This document shows positions 27,773 to 39,015 of a DNA stretch of 64,000 nt, piece by piece. The stretch is taken from the NCBI GenBank assembly GCA_965248435.1, contig OZ252100.1:224001-288000 (forward strand), in the 5' to 3' direction. Position 1 is the stretch's first letter, and each line of letters starts with the position of its first letter. A program made the translations under genes and the position numbers. Below the pieces are notes generated by a model. It made no database searches. It was not told the DNA's origin and saw nothing but the letters and a program-made list of their open reading frames with translations. This stretch comes from Candidatus Latescibacterota bacterium. Lineage in GTDB: Bacteria > Latescibacterota > UBA2968 > GCA-2709665.

Positions 27773-29371
27773 CTAATTAAACGCACGGGCGAGGTTTTGA
27801 GTCACCCAGGTTTCGTACTTCGAGAAGTTCTTCTGGTACGTGTCCTTCCCCACGATGCCGGTAACCGTTACTGAGAGATTTCCCATTTTGCCCACGGGCA
27901 CGTACATATAGCGATCCGGATCTGACCTCTCTGTCAATTCCGGGACTTCAGGAGGAATGCCCTCCAGCGGCTGGAGCCCGCCATCGGGACCCTTCCTGAA
28001 GATCCTGATGGTATGCGGCGCGAACCAGCCTTCATCATAGATGCAGATTCCGATGTCTCCGCTCAATTCAACCAGATGCTTATGGCCAAGGGAGCCAGCT
28101 GCGACCTTCCCATCAAATTTCACGAGTGCCCGCTTGGGGGCAACGACCTTTGGCTGAGAGTTGCAGAGAGTCACCATGTAGCTCGAGTAGAGACCGTTTC
28201 CGCAATACGAAACCGCCTCGGAAATGATATGAATCGGCCCCGGAGAATTGCGGTCGTTGCTGCGGGTGACGAAGTGTTCGGCAATCGCTACAGGCAGGAT
28301 CTTCCTCAGGTCTTTCTTCTGGAGGATCTTTGTGTCGCTAGAATCCAAAACTTCCGCATCGTCAAGATGAGAACCAAATTCCTTCCTGTAGATCTTCGAA
28401 TCGGGCGAGTCTCCAGAAGCAGTAATTCTGAAGATTCGCTCACAATTCGCAACGCGCTCAAGATCGGAATGGAACAGCACGATATCGACGAGGGACTCAG
28501 AAATTTCCTCGACCTGAGGCGTTTCCGAGACGATCGTTGCCCCCCTCTCTTCGTGGTCTGCGTAAATCGGACACCCCCAAAGTCCGGCGTCGTGCGTGAA
28601 CCCGCCGATGAATATCTCGACCAGTTCCCTCTTGAAGAGCTCCTCCTTCTTTCCTTCCATATCGGAGGAAGAAAACAGTTCAGGCGCTTCCTTCTCCCCC
28701 AGCTCCTCGACGAGCCCCTGCATGGTGATGTTTCCGAAGTAGGTTTCGAACCCGAGGTCGAAAGTGAGCTCCGTTGCCAGACACGCGACGTCCAGACCGT
28801 GTTTGACTGTTTCGGCATCGAGATCATAGGTGCGAATGATATCGAGCACAAGTGGGTTCTGGTTGTCGAAATACTCGTCGATCGCGATTCGGGCCATAGA
28901 CTTGAATTTGTTCAGGGCTTTCTTCAATTCGAAGAGCGACGCCTTTACTTCAGGCCTTTTGAGACCACCGAACGAGATGTTCTGCTCAGCGATGATCCGA
29001 TGAAGGCCCTGTGCTGTAGTGACCAGATCTCTGCCCGATTTTACAACGCGCTTGGAGACATCGCGGGCGCGCTTTTCCAGATTCCGCTCGGTCTCAGGGC
29101 CCAATAACTCTTTGGTCGTCTCGGTGAGTGTTTCGAGTTCCGCCTCGCTTTCAAACAGACGGAGCCTGATTCTCGGGTCTTTGGCTTCAGTGTGATCCCG
29201 AAAGTAGTCGAGGATGCGATAGGTGAGCGGTGAGTCTTGAAGGGCCATTTTCACCCTGGAATTCGGCCCGGCGATGTCCTGCCCAAGCCTCAGAAGGGTC
29301 GACCGGGATTGATCTTCCAGCTTCTTGAGGAGATTTCTTGCCTGGGAAACGTTCAGCCTTCTCTCGACCAT
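27773..29371 (-). CDS. HD-domain-like protein (HD-GYP-like, divergent)
   Basis: HGLDVA, GGFTHDAG, HEERGA, VLFHSD. Confidence 0.6.
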   Translation of the reverse strand: MVERRLNVSQARNLLKKLEDQSRSTLLRLGQDIAGPNSRVKMALQDSPLTYRILDYFRDHTEAKDPRIRLRLFESEAELETLTETTKELLGPETERNLEKRARDVSKRVVKSGRDLVTTAQGLHRIIAEQNISFGGLKRPEVKASLFELKKALNKFKSMARIAIDEYFDNQNPLVLDIIRTYDLDAETVKHGLDVACLATELTFDLGFETYFGNITMQGLVEELGEKEAPELFSSSDMEGKKEELFKRELVEIFIGGFTHDAGLWGCPIYADHEERGATIVSETPQVEEISESLVDIVLFHSDLERVANCERIFRITASGDSPDSKIYRKEFGSHLDDAEVLDSSDTKILQKKDLRKILPVAIAEHFVTRSNDRNSPGPIHIISEAVSYCGNGLYSSYMVTLCNSQPKVVAPKRALVKFDGKVAAGSLGHKHLVELSGDIGICIYDEGWFAPHTIRIFRKGPDGGLQPLEGIPPEVPELTERSDPDRYMYVPVGKMGNLSVTVTGIVGKDTYQKNFSKYETWVTQNLARAFN

Positions 29372-29506
29372 GGATCCCCTGCTTGATTCAGATCGCCGCT
29401 TTCACTTCCTATCTAAATGGATAACAGGTACTTACCGATCAAACCTTAAGACAGAGTCCGAGGAAAGTCAAGACCCGAAACCGGCATGCCGATGGGATTC
29501 GGGTAA

Positions 29507-29548
29507 CAAAAAGACCCCGAAGGTAGAGGCCCTTCGGGGTCTTTTTGT
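29507..29548. terminator. Bidirectional terminator
   Basis: CAAAAAGACCCCGAAGG-tagaggc-CCTTCGGGGTCTTTTTG. Confidence 0.8.
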
Positions 29549-29570
29549 CGGTGCTCGTCTTTCAGCCCTA

Positions 29571-29966
29571 TCAGTCAGCTTCCATTAGAACCGATTTTTT
29601 GGAACCGATTTTCGCTGAACTCGGCTTAACGGCCCCATTCCCCCCAATTGACATCCACTCACTCCAGGGAATGTGCTCTATGAAATCCTGCGCCGACGGG
29701 ATAAATCCTCCGTAGTCCTCTTTCACGTGCTGCTGACCGATATCCCGGACGTCGACCGTCTTCCCGTCGGAGTTCTCGAAGTTTGCATCGAAGACCCTTG
29801 GAAGTACGACGTAGATAAACCAGTTGTTATGGGTTAGACATCTGTGCCTCAGATCTGGAAACGCCGTGTTGCTCGAGTCGATGAACTCGTGAATCTCAAT
29901 GTAGTCTTCCGGCTTTCCACCGAATTTTTTTACAGAACTCCTGGCGTGCTTCCATGGCTTGGACAT
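29571..29966 (-). CDS. DUF6915-like protein
   Basis: MSKPWKHARSSVKKFGGKPEDYIEIHEFIDSS..RHRCLTHN..QQHVKED..IPSAQDF, recalled family pattern. Confidence 0.7.
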   Translation of the reverse strand: MSKPWKHARSSVKKFGGKPEDYIEIHEFIDSSNTAFPDLRHRCLTHNNWFIYVVLPRVFDANFENSDGKTVDVRDIGQQHVKEDYGGFIPSAQDFIEHIPWSEWMSIGGNGAVKPSSAKIGSKKSVLMEAD

Positions 29967-30043
29967 GTCGAGGATCCTCCTCTCTAACTGGTCGATCAGT
30001 AGAATACCCAAAGGGTGTATGACTTACAAGTGGTTTCCATCCG

Positions 30044-33000
30044 TTATCGGATGTGGTCTCCAACGCGCAGCGCCACGCAGGTCAGGTCATCTATCTGGGC
30101 GGCCTCTCCGATGAATCGAGTGACATCGGCCACGATCTTGTCTCTGATGCCTTCGGCAGATGCCCCATCCCTAGCCGCCTCCTGGATGAGTGACACGAGG
30201 CGATCTTGCCCGTAGAAGGCTTCCTGTGAATCCTGGGCCTCTTCGATCCCGTCAGAGGTAAAGACGATGACATCTCCAGGGGTCAGGTCCAGGTCTACAC
30301 TGGAATACAATTCTCTTCCTTCAGGTTTCAAGGGGATCCCGAGGGGCAACCCCGTGAGGCCTAGTGCGCGGACTGACTCGTCGGCCTTGGAGTAATGATA
30401 AACTTCTGGGTTTGCCCCGCTCGCAACGGTCAGTGACTGGCTCGCTGTATCCAGGACACCGATCCCACACGTCACAAACATCTCCATCGGGATCTGGCCA
30501 CGTAAGGACTCGTCCAGTCCGGTCAAGATCTCCATCGCGGACGTCCGACCCCTCGCTTCGTAGCGCAGGATCTCGTTGAAGCGCATCGCAACGGTCGCGG
30601 CCTGCATCCCCTTGCCGGAAACATCTGCGAGGAAGATGCCCACCTTCTGCCTGGCGTCATCCAGATGGAAGAAATTGTAGTAGTCACCCCCGACGTGGTT
30701 GGCCGGAATGCAGATGCCTGAGAGCTCTATGCCTTTAACTTCTGGAGGCGAATCAGGCAGGAGGCCCATCTGCATATCGTGGGCAGTTTGCAGCTCTCGT
30801 TCCATCCCCTCGATCACCTTTTGCTGGGCAGTTTCCACGGCTTTGAAGTCCAGGAAGCGGGCATACCCAAGCGCGACCGCCCCGGCGAAGTCATCGAGCG
30901 TCTGGATCTCCTCCTCAGTGAACTCGTCGCGATCGGAAGTCGTGATCCGGAGCCGCCCATAGCTGGATGCCGGCACTTCCAGAATGGCGGTCTGCTCACT
31001 GCTGCCCTGCCAGGGCTGCCCGACAATAAAGCGTTCAATCGTCTCCAGGTATACGGGTGGGAATGGAGCGGGAATGTGATACGAGTCACTCGTCACTGCG
31101 CCATCAGGATCGATCGTGTAGGTTGTGTAACCGAACCCGTTCGCTTCAAAATAGGCCATGGATGGCTCGTCAACGGGTTCGTTTAGTACATCGATTCCAC
31201 AGGTCTCGAACCGGAGACCGGCCTGATTCAGATCATCGGCCAGGAGCGAAAGGACCTTTTCGAAATCGGACGCCCGCTCCATCGACTGGACCTGTTCCCG
31301 GATGCGCTCAACTGCTCGCTCGCGTAGGAGGTCCTTATTCAGCTGAAATAAATCTTTGTTTGCATCCGACAGCGCCTTGTTGGACTCCTGCAGCCGGCCG
31401 TCCCTGCGAATCACGCGTGTCGTCTGCCAGCCGATCAGAACCACAGCGATGCCCAAAGCGGTCAGCAGTCCGATCCGCTCATAGGGCAGATGCACGGTCA
31501 GCGCCACGGTCGCCGGTGTCTCCGAATACCCCAGATCCCGATCTATCGCCTGTAGCTCAAATGTGTATGTTCCCTGCGGAAGATCCTGATATTCTATACG
31601 ACGGGCGCGTGTGGTCTTCCAGTCCTGCTCATAGCCTTTCAGGCGATATCGATAGACCATCCCGTCCGGGCGGGTTTTGAAGCTCATCCCGTGGAACTCA
31701 AACGAGGTCAGTCCGACCGTGGATGGAAACGCCAGCTCAGGCACCCCTTCGTAGCGGTGGTCGGCCACCACGGCATCTATGAATACCGGCGGAGGGAACG
31801 GTGTGGGGGGACGATAGCGCGTCACACCGTCGGTAGTGCCGAACCAAAGGTCACCGTTGCTGTCCTCGAACCCGGTCCAGACGTAATTGCTCACCAGGCC
31901 GTCCTTGCGTGTGATGTTCTGGAACGTCTTTCCATCATATCGGCTCACGCCGCCGCCGCCCGTGGTGAACCATAGATGCCCCGCGCGGTCCTGGACGATC
32001 CGATGCACGTTGCTTCCCGCCAGCCCGTCTTCTTTTGTGTAAGTGATGAAGTCTTTCCCATCATATCGGCTCACGCCGGCGACGGTGCCAATCCAGATGT
32101 GTCCTGATCGATCCTGCAGGAGGGACCACACCCAATTGCCGGCCAGACCATCTTCTGTGGTGAACGTGGCCCAGGCCTGTCCCGGACTTGCCTCGGGGTC
32201 GTAGCGGCTCACGCCACCACCAAGAGTGCCAAACCAGAGATTGCCCTCCCAATCCTGCGGTGGTGAAAGTCGTCCAGTCCCGCCCCGGACTTGCTCCGGG
32301 GTCGTAGCGGGTCACTCCCCCGACGGTGCCGAACCAGAAGTTCCCCTCCCGATCCTGGAGAATCGAGCTCACTCTATTGTGAGCCAGGCCGTCTTCGGTG
32401 GTGAAGGTGCTCCAGGCTTGCCCCGGACTGGCCCCAGGGTCGTATCGGGACACTCCGCCCGCCCAGGTACCGAACCACAAATTACCCCCCCGATCCTGGA
32501 GAATAGACGTCACATTATTGTGCCCCAGGCCGCCTTCGGTGGTGAAGGTGCTCCAGGCTTGCCCCGGGCTAGCTCCGGGGCCTGTCCCGGCCTCTGAGCC
32601 GGGATCGTAGCGGGTCACTCCCCCGACGGTGCCGAACCAGAAGTTCCCCTCCCGATCCTGGAGAATCGACCTCACTCTATTGTGAGCCAGGCCGTCTTCG
32701 GTGGTGAAGGTGCTCCAGGCTTGCCCCGGACTGGCCCCAGGGTCGTATCGGGACACTCCGCCCGCCCAGGTACCGAACCACAAATTACCCCCCCGATCCA
32801 GGAGAATCGACGGCACGTAATTGTGCCCCAGCCCGTCTTCTGTAGTGAAGGTCGTCCAGGTCTGGCCTTCGTAGCGGCTGACACCACGATTAGTACCAAA
32901 CCAAAGATTCCCGTCCCGGTCCTGAAGCATCGACAATATCGACCGAAATGCGAGCCCATCCGTCTCATCGTAGGTTTGCCAGTGACCTTTCCCGCGTCCC

Positions 33001-33491
33001 GCTGGCACGGCCTTATCAGGGTCGATGACCCCAACCTTGCCGGGGCCTGCAGGTGCCGTGTAGAGTCTAAACGTTCCTCGGATTTGTCCGTCCGGGCGGG
33101 TCGTTCCGAAGGCGGTCCCTAACTCTCGGTACACCTCTAGCCGCGCAGGATCGCTCCGAAGTGCCTTTCCCCTTTTTTTTTCTAGGAACTCAATCGCTGT
33201 CTTCGCTTCAAACAGGCGGCTGAAAACACTGTCTGGCGTCGCACGCCCCTTCACGGCCGATTCTACAAGACCGTGTTTCTTCAGGATCGGAACGACCTTC
33301 TCCTGATAGGCGGCTTCGAACTCGGACATTCGGTCAGGCGGTACCCAGAAGGAGAGCCGCGCGAGAGTGGGAGAACTGTTCGCCCCTCCGGCCTCTCCCG
33401 ACGCCTCGTTGACGACGAGCAACAGGGCGAGGCCGGAAAGGATCAGGGTCCAAAGTATTTTGGACAGACAGACCTGTCTCTTAACGTACAT
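30044..33491 (-). CDS. Two-component-regulator propeller / Y_Y_Y / TM / GAF-like / SpoIIE phosphatase; split by a deletion-frameshift at ~32257
   Basis: QDR.GNLWFGT..GVSRYD repeats, YRYRL.G, VGGDYY, DVSGKG, TSDG, DDLT; the ORFs 32061-33491 and 30044-32212 join. Confidence 0.8.
32298..32860. repeat. Near-identical intragenic direct repeat (~270-300 nt, two propeller blades each)
   Basis: TCGTAGCGGGTCACTCCCCCGACGGTGCCGAACCAGAAGTTCCCCTCCCGATCC... at ~32302 and ~32605. Confidence 0.85.
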
Positions 33492-36400
33492 CAGTCGTGA
33501 TCCTCGACGCGCAGCACGACGCAGGTCAGGTCATCCATCTGAGCGGCCTCTCCGATGAATCGGGTGACATCGGCCACGATCTCGTCTCTAATGCCTTCGG
33601 CAGATGCCCCGTCTCCAACCGCCTCCTGGATGAGCGATGCAAGGCGGTCTTGCCCGTAAAACGCTTCCTGTGTGTCCTGGGCCTCCTCGATGCCGTCCGA
33701 CGTAAACACGATCACGTCTCCGGGGTGCAGATCCAGGTCCACGCTTGAATACAGCTCCTTCCCCTCGGGTCTCAGGGGGATGCCCAGGGGCAATCCCGTC
33801 AGGCCTAGTGCGCGGACTGACGCTTCCACCTTGGAGTAATGATAAACTTCGGGGTTTGCCGCGCTCGCAACGGTCAGCGACCGGCCAGATGTATCCAGCA
33901 CGCCGATCCCACAGGTCACGAACATCTCCATCGGGATCTGGCCACGCAACGACTCATCCAGTCCGGTCAATATCTCCATCGCCGAGGTCCGTCCACGTAC
34001 TTCGTAGCGCAGGATCTCGTTGAATCGCATGGCCACTGTCGCCGCCTGCATCGCCTTTCCGGACACATCGGCGATGAAGATGCCCACTTTCTGCCTGGCT
34101 TCATCCAGATAGAAGAAATTGTAGTAGTCGCCCCCGACGTGGTTCGCCGGGATACAGATGCCTGACAACTCTATGCCTTCAACCTCCGGGGGCGATTCGG
34201 GCAGGAGTCCCATCTGCATATCGTGGGCGGTCTGCAGTTCTCGCTCCATCCCCTCGATGACCTCCTGTTGGGCAGCTTCCACTGCTTTGAAGTCAAGGAA
34301 GCGGGCATAGCCAAGGGCGACGGCCACAGCGAAGTCGTTCAGCGTCCTTATTTCATCCTCGGTGAAATCCTGACGATCCGACGTCGTGATCCGAAGACGG
34401 CCATAACTTGATGCAGGCACTTCGAGAATGGTCGTCTGCTCACTGCGACCCTGCCAGGGCTGCCCCGCAATAAAGCGCTCGATCGTCTCTCGCGTCACAT
34501 CAGGAAATGGCGCTGAAACGTGATAAGATTCGTGCGTCACCGCCCCTTGGGGATCGAGTTTATAGGTTGAGTAGTGGAAACCTTGCTGCTGAAAATAGTC
34601 CATGGATGGCTCGTCAACAGGTTCGTTCAGCACATCGATGCCACAGGTCTCAAATTGGAGACCGGATTGATTCAGATCATCCGCGAGGAGCGAGAGGACC
34701 TTTTCGAAATCAGACGCCTGCTCCATCGACTGGACCTGTTCCCGGATGCGCTCAACCGCCCGCTCACGCAGGAGTTCCTTATTTAGTCCAAACAACTCTT
34801 TGTTTGCATCCGACAGGGCTTTATTAGACTCCCGCAGCCTTCGGTCGCGCCGAACGACTCGACCTGTCTGGAGGCCCATGGCTCCAACTAACACAATCAT
34901 CAGCGCGATAAACCACGGCTGCTGCCAGACCGGAGGGACCACGGTGAAATGCACCTCGTCTGGTGTGGGGTCCTCATTGAAGTCCAGGTCCCGTGCCTTC
35001 ACCTGGAAGGTGTGATCCCCACTGCTCAAGGAGAAGAAGACTTGGCTCGTCTCCCGGGCGAAGGGAGACCACTTGTCTCCATCTAGACGCCAGGCAAACT
35101 GGACCTCATCATCCGAAGTCGCCCGCCATGGATCAGCGCCCCTCCAGGCCAGTGTCATATTGCCCGGCTGGGAGACTTCCTCCAACGCCACCACAATCTC
35201 GGTATTTGGAGGGTCAGGGTCGGGGACATAGCGAGTCGTTATCATGTCAGTCAGACCCTTCCGTTCGACGGGCCTTGCATCAGTGATCCAGACCGCTCCA
35301 TCCCGAGACTGCCGAAGCGATCCCCAAATGAGGTTCACGCGCATTTCTGGAGGGAGGGCCTTTGTCGTCCAGGTCCGCCCGTCGAAGCGGCTGATGCCAT
35401 TTGATGTGGCGGCCCAGACGCTGCCGTCCACTGTCTGAAGGATACCCGTAACCCAGTTGTCCGCCAGCCCGTGTCGAACATCGTAGCGCGTCCACGCCTT
35501 CCCGTTTCCCCCTGAGCCCGGTCCCCGCGTCAGCGGGGAAGGATCATAGTGAAAAGCGCCGTATCGCCGGGTGGCGACCCAGAGGCCACCTTTCTTAGTG
35601 GCATGGCCCGCGTCGGTCCCAAATAAGGGTGTGGCCACTTCCTCGGGCTCGATGACGGGCGTCCAGGTCTGCCCATCGAAGCGGCGTATGCCCCCAGTTC
35701 CTCCGAACCACAGCACCCCATCGGCCGTCTGCGCGGTCCAGTAGGCATAGGGATGCGCATCCGGCGGGGTGTAATGTGTCCAGGTATTTCTGCCGTGCTC
35801 TGAAGCGGAAGGCCCGAATCGAAGCACGCCGCCCAGTCGATCCCGGGCACGTGTCAAGGCTCTGGTTCCGAACCAGAGCGCACCATCCGAGGATTCGTAG
35901 ACATTCGGAAGTCGCCAGGAGAGTCGAGGATGCATCTTGAGGGACCATTGCTTTCCATCGAATCGGGCCGTTGCCGCCGTGCTGTCGTGACTTCCTGCAG
36001 CCCAGAGCTCCCCCTTTCGGGTCGCTATGAGCTCTATAGGCAAATCCATCAACCCATCCTCCACCCCGTAGCGTGTCCAAGTCCTTCCGCCTTGTGCCGA
36101 GCCCGGTCCCCACTTCAGCGGGGGTGGGTCGTAGCGCACCACGCCGCTGTCCTGGGATACAAACCAGAGCGATCCGTCTGGGGTGTCGCACTTGAAGTTC
36201 AAGCCCTCGTAGGTCGTCCACCTGGATGTCCCGAGGTCTAACCTGACAGCCCCCTGACTCAAACTCACCATCCAGAGCGCCCCGTCAGATGCCTCAAGTA
36301 AGCTAAAAGGCACCACCGGAACATCGGGCGGCTTGTAGATTTGCCAAACGCCGTTCCGGTATGCAGACAGGGAGCCGAATGAGCCGGTCCAGAGCGTCCC

Positions 36401-37626
36401 GTCCTTTGTCTCCAGAACGGAAAGCCCCCCAAATACGCCCAACCGGACCTGCGTCCAGTCCTTTCCATCGAACCGATTGACGCCACCCCCAAAGAGGGTC
36501 CAGATTATACCATCCCGGGTTTGGGTGATCCGCGGCGACCCCCCGATTCCCAGGCCGTCTTCCGCGTCGTAAAGCCGCCACGCCGTGGCGTCATTCGGCT
36601 GTGTAGCACGAACATCGTAGCGGACAATCTCCCCACGGTTCAGTCCCAACCAAATCTCCCGCTCCCCGTCTTCGTAGACATCGGAAACCGTGAAAGTATG
36701 GAAGGCCCCTTCCACCTGCTCCCGCGTTAGGGTCACCTCGAATGATTCAGAAAGGCCCGCCCGCTGCACGGTCAACGCTACCGAAGTGCCCGCAGGCCCG
36801 AACACCGAGGGGACTATAGGTCCAAATTGAGGTCTAAGAGCCCGTTCCCTTCGAGGCCGCTCCCCATCAACCGTGAGGATACGGTCCCCTACTTTCAGGC
36901 CCGCGGCCTCTCCGGGTCCCCCCGGTGCGAGCGCCCAGATGACCGCCGGACCGTTTCTAGTTGGTGCTGCCAATACCCCGATCCCTTCACCAGTAAGAAG
37001 GCGATGAGGGCGGGACCACGAACGGGGTTGAGCCACCTTGTCCGGTACGATGAAAAGCCGCACATCGGGCGCCAGCACTCTCAACGCGGCCCCATCTCTT
37101 CCACCGTATAAAGCGTCGCCTGCCCCCGGCTCAGACTTAGCGCACCCCACTCGGTCCCTGCCCACGCGCTCCCATCAGACGCCTCCATCAGATCCCATAT
37201 AGCCCAGGGTAGGTCTCCTTCCGAAGGGAAGACACGGCTCCAGCTACCCTCGCTGAACCGACTGATCCCCATCTCCGTGCCGGCATATAGGCTCCCGTCC
37301 CGCGCCGCTAAGAGCGCTTTTACGCGAGCACCCACCAAGCCCTCCGCCGGGGTATAGACAGTCCAGTTTACCGCGTCGTAGCGCCACACCCCCTCATCCG
37401 TGCCGAACCACATGTTGCCGTCCCTATCTTCGGCCATGCACCGCAACCCCAGCCCCTTCAGTTCCGGGAAGGCGCGCCAGCGCCAGGATTCCAGCACCGG
37501 GTCGGGTCGCACAGGTTGGTAAGGCTGGGCCGACCAGCACTCTGGAACGATTAGCACCAGGGCGAGGCAAGAAAGGACGAACGTTCGAAGCATTTTGGGT
37601 CCAACGATCCTCATTACAACACCCAA
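33491..37626 (-). CDS. Propeller + PDZ sensor / TM / SpoIIE phosphatase paralog; 1-nt frameshift at ~37090
   Basis: ORF 37081-37626 (signal peptide, propeller) joins 33491-37165 if the G4 run in ATGGGGCC were G5; PDZ GIGV..GLKVGDRILTVDG; C-term nearly identical to the neighbour. Confidence 0.8.
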
Positions 37627-37676
37627 TAAAAAAGGGGTATACCGATCTGGTCCAGGTATACCCTCAGACTTGCTGC

Positions 37677-38234
37677 TCAGGTTTGCACCTCGAGTTTAGA
37701 GCCCAAAAAAGTGTCGAACGGGCGTACAGGGGCAAGACCTCTGCCGACTAAGGGTATGGATTTGACGTGGCCGGCGCGGAGCTTTTCGGAAAGATCCGGC
37801 GATGGATCGCCTGCTCCTTTTGAGGCGCTGGCTTCTTGCCGGGAGTTGGCCGGTGGGCCCAGAACTCGCTCGATCTGCTTCTTCAGGTCTTCTATCGTGA
37901 ACGGCTTGGAAATGAAGGCCTGAACGTCGAACGGAGTAAGGTCTTCTTTGATTTGGTCGCTAATGAATGCCGAAACGATCATGACAGGGACATCGAAGCC
38001 TTCTTTTCGCATGAACTTGAGCAGGGAAGGTCCGTCAACTGTCGGCATGTTGAGATCGAGGAGGACCAGATCAGGGCGTCCGTGTTCCAGGGCGTCCACG
38101 GCCTCTGTCCATTGGGACGCGGCGATCGGCTGGTAATTGTGGAGAGTGAGCAGACGCTCGATCGGCTGGAGCACAGTCCGATCATCGTCGATCAGGAGGA
38201 TTTTCTTTGGCCTGGGGGGGACTTCAGCTTGCAC
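37677..38234 (-). CDS. Response regulator receiver protein
   Basis: ILLIDDD, LLDLNMP, VSA, ISKPF. Confidence 0.88.
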   Translation of the reverse strand: MQAEVPPRPKKILLIDDDRTVLQPIERLLTLHNYQPIAASQWTEAVDALEHGRPDLVLLDLNMPTVDGPSLLKFMRKEGFDVPVMIVSAFISDQIKEDLTPFDVQAFISKPFTIEDLKKQIERVLGPPANSRQEASASKGAGDPSPDLSEKLRAGHVKSIPLVGRGLAPVRPFDTFLGSKLEVQT

Positions 38235-38298
38235 AGGTTTGACTCCGCAATTTCATCGTGACCTCACCTTCAGGATATCGGCCATAACGTGTTGAAAA

Positions 38299-38314
38299 AG
38301 CAGTTATTGTGCCA
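38299..38314 (-). promoter_or_regulatory. Sigma54 -24/-12 promoter candidate
   Basis: TGGCACAATAACTGCT upstream of the receiver gene. Confidence 0.6.
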
Positions 38315-38584
38315 AATTAGTTTGTGGAAAACACTTTCACTTCCGTTTTCGTACAACTATCATTTTTTTAACAGTTTATAAGAATAGAAAAACCCATAAA
38401 TCAGTTCCCATTTCCTGAAACAGTGAGGGCTCGTTGACTCATCCCTACCCGTTCTGGCTGAAACCGGCCACAAAGATCCGCTCACCGAAGGTGCTTTGGG
38501 AGACTTACGACCGCAAAAAAATGAGGCATACCTTGCGAAGTATGCCTCCAACCCATCTTAAAGAGAGATCTCTGCTATCTCGTC

Positions 38585-38827
38585 TCAGGCCATGGAGCCA
38601 AGGCCTGGGGGATTGCCGGCCCCATCCAGGTCAGGCAAGAGCACGAATCGATCTATAGAAATTTCTGTGGGTGAATCCCCTCTGAACTTCTCAATGCCCT
38701 TGAACCGCTTCCCAGGTGCCCCACCAAAGACCCAGAGGGCAATCCAAATGAGTGCGACGAGGACGATGAGGACGATGACGTACCCAACAATCTCGCCTGG
38801 CCTCTTCTTCTTGAGCGCTTCCAGCAC
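38585..38827 (-). CDS. Small single-TM hypothetical protein
   Basis: AAGGAGG RBS; KKKRPGEIVGYVIVLIVLVALIWIALWVFGG. Confidence 0.55.
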   Translation of the reverse strand: MLEALKKKRPGEIVGYVIVLIVLVALIWIALWVFGGAPGKRFKGIEKFRGDSPTEISIDRFVLLPDLDGAGNPPGLGSMA

Positions 38828-39015
38828 GGCCACAACCTCCTTTAAAAACACGGCGTTGCCGTCTGTACACAGACAGCATCCCGGCCGCCCCCGACGTCCA
38901 GCTAGGAGTTCAAAAAGGCCACACGATGCGATTGCTACACACAGGAATTTCGGAACTTCCAACCCGAATTGTCAAGCGTTTTCTCAAAAAGTTTCTTTAA
39001 ATCAAGAATGTTAGC

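Noticed and set aside
29414-29441. Sigma28-like TAAA-N16-ACCGATCA on + before a hairpin and terminator
   Set aside because: Weaker match; the region is explained by the minus-strand TTGACT-17-TAAGGT promoter of the HD gene and the terminator of the DUF6915-like gene.
32298-32860. Diversity-generating retroelement template/variable repeat pair
   Set aside because: No reverse transcriptase, differences are not adenine-specific, and both copies are coding propeller blades.
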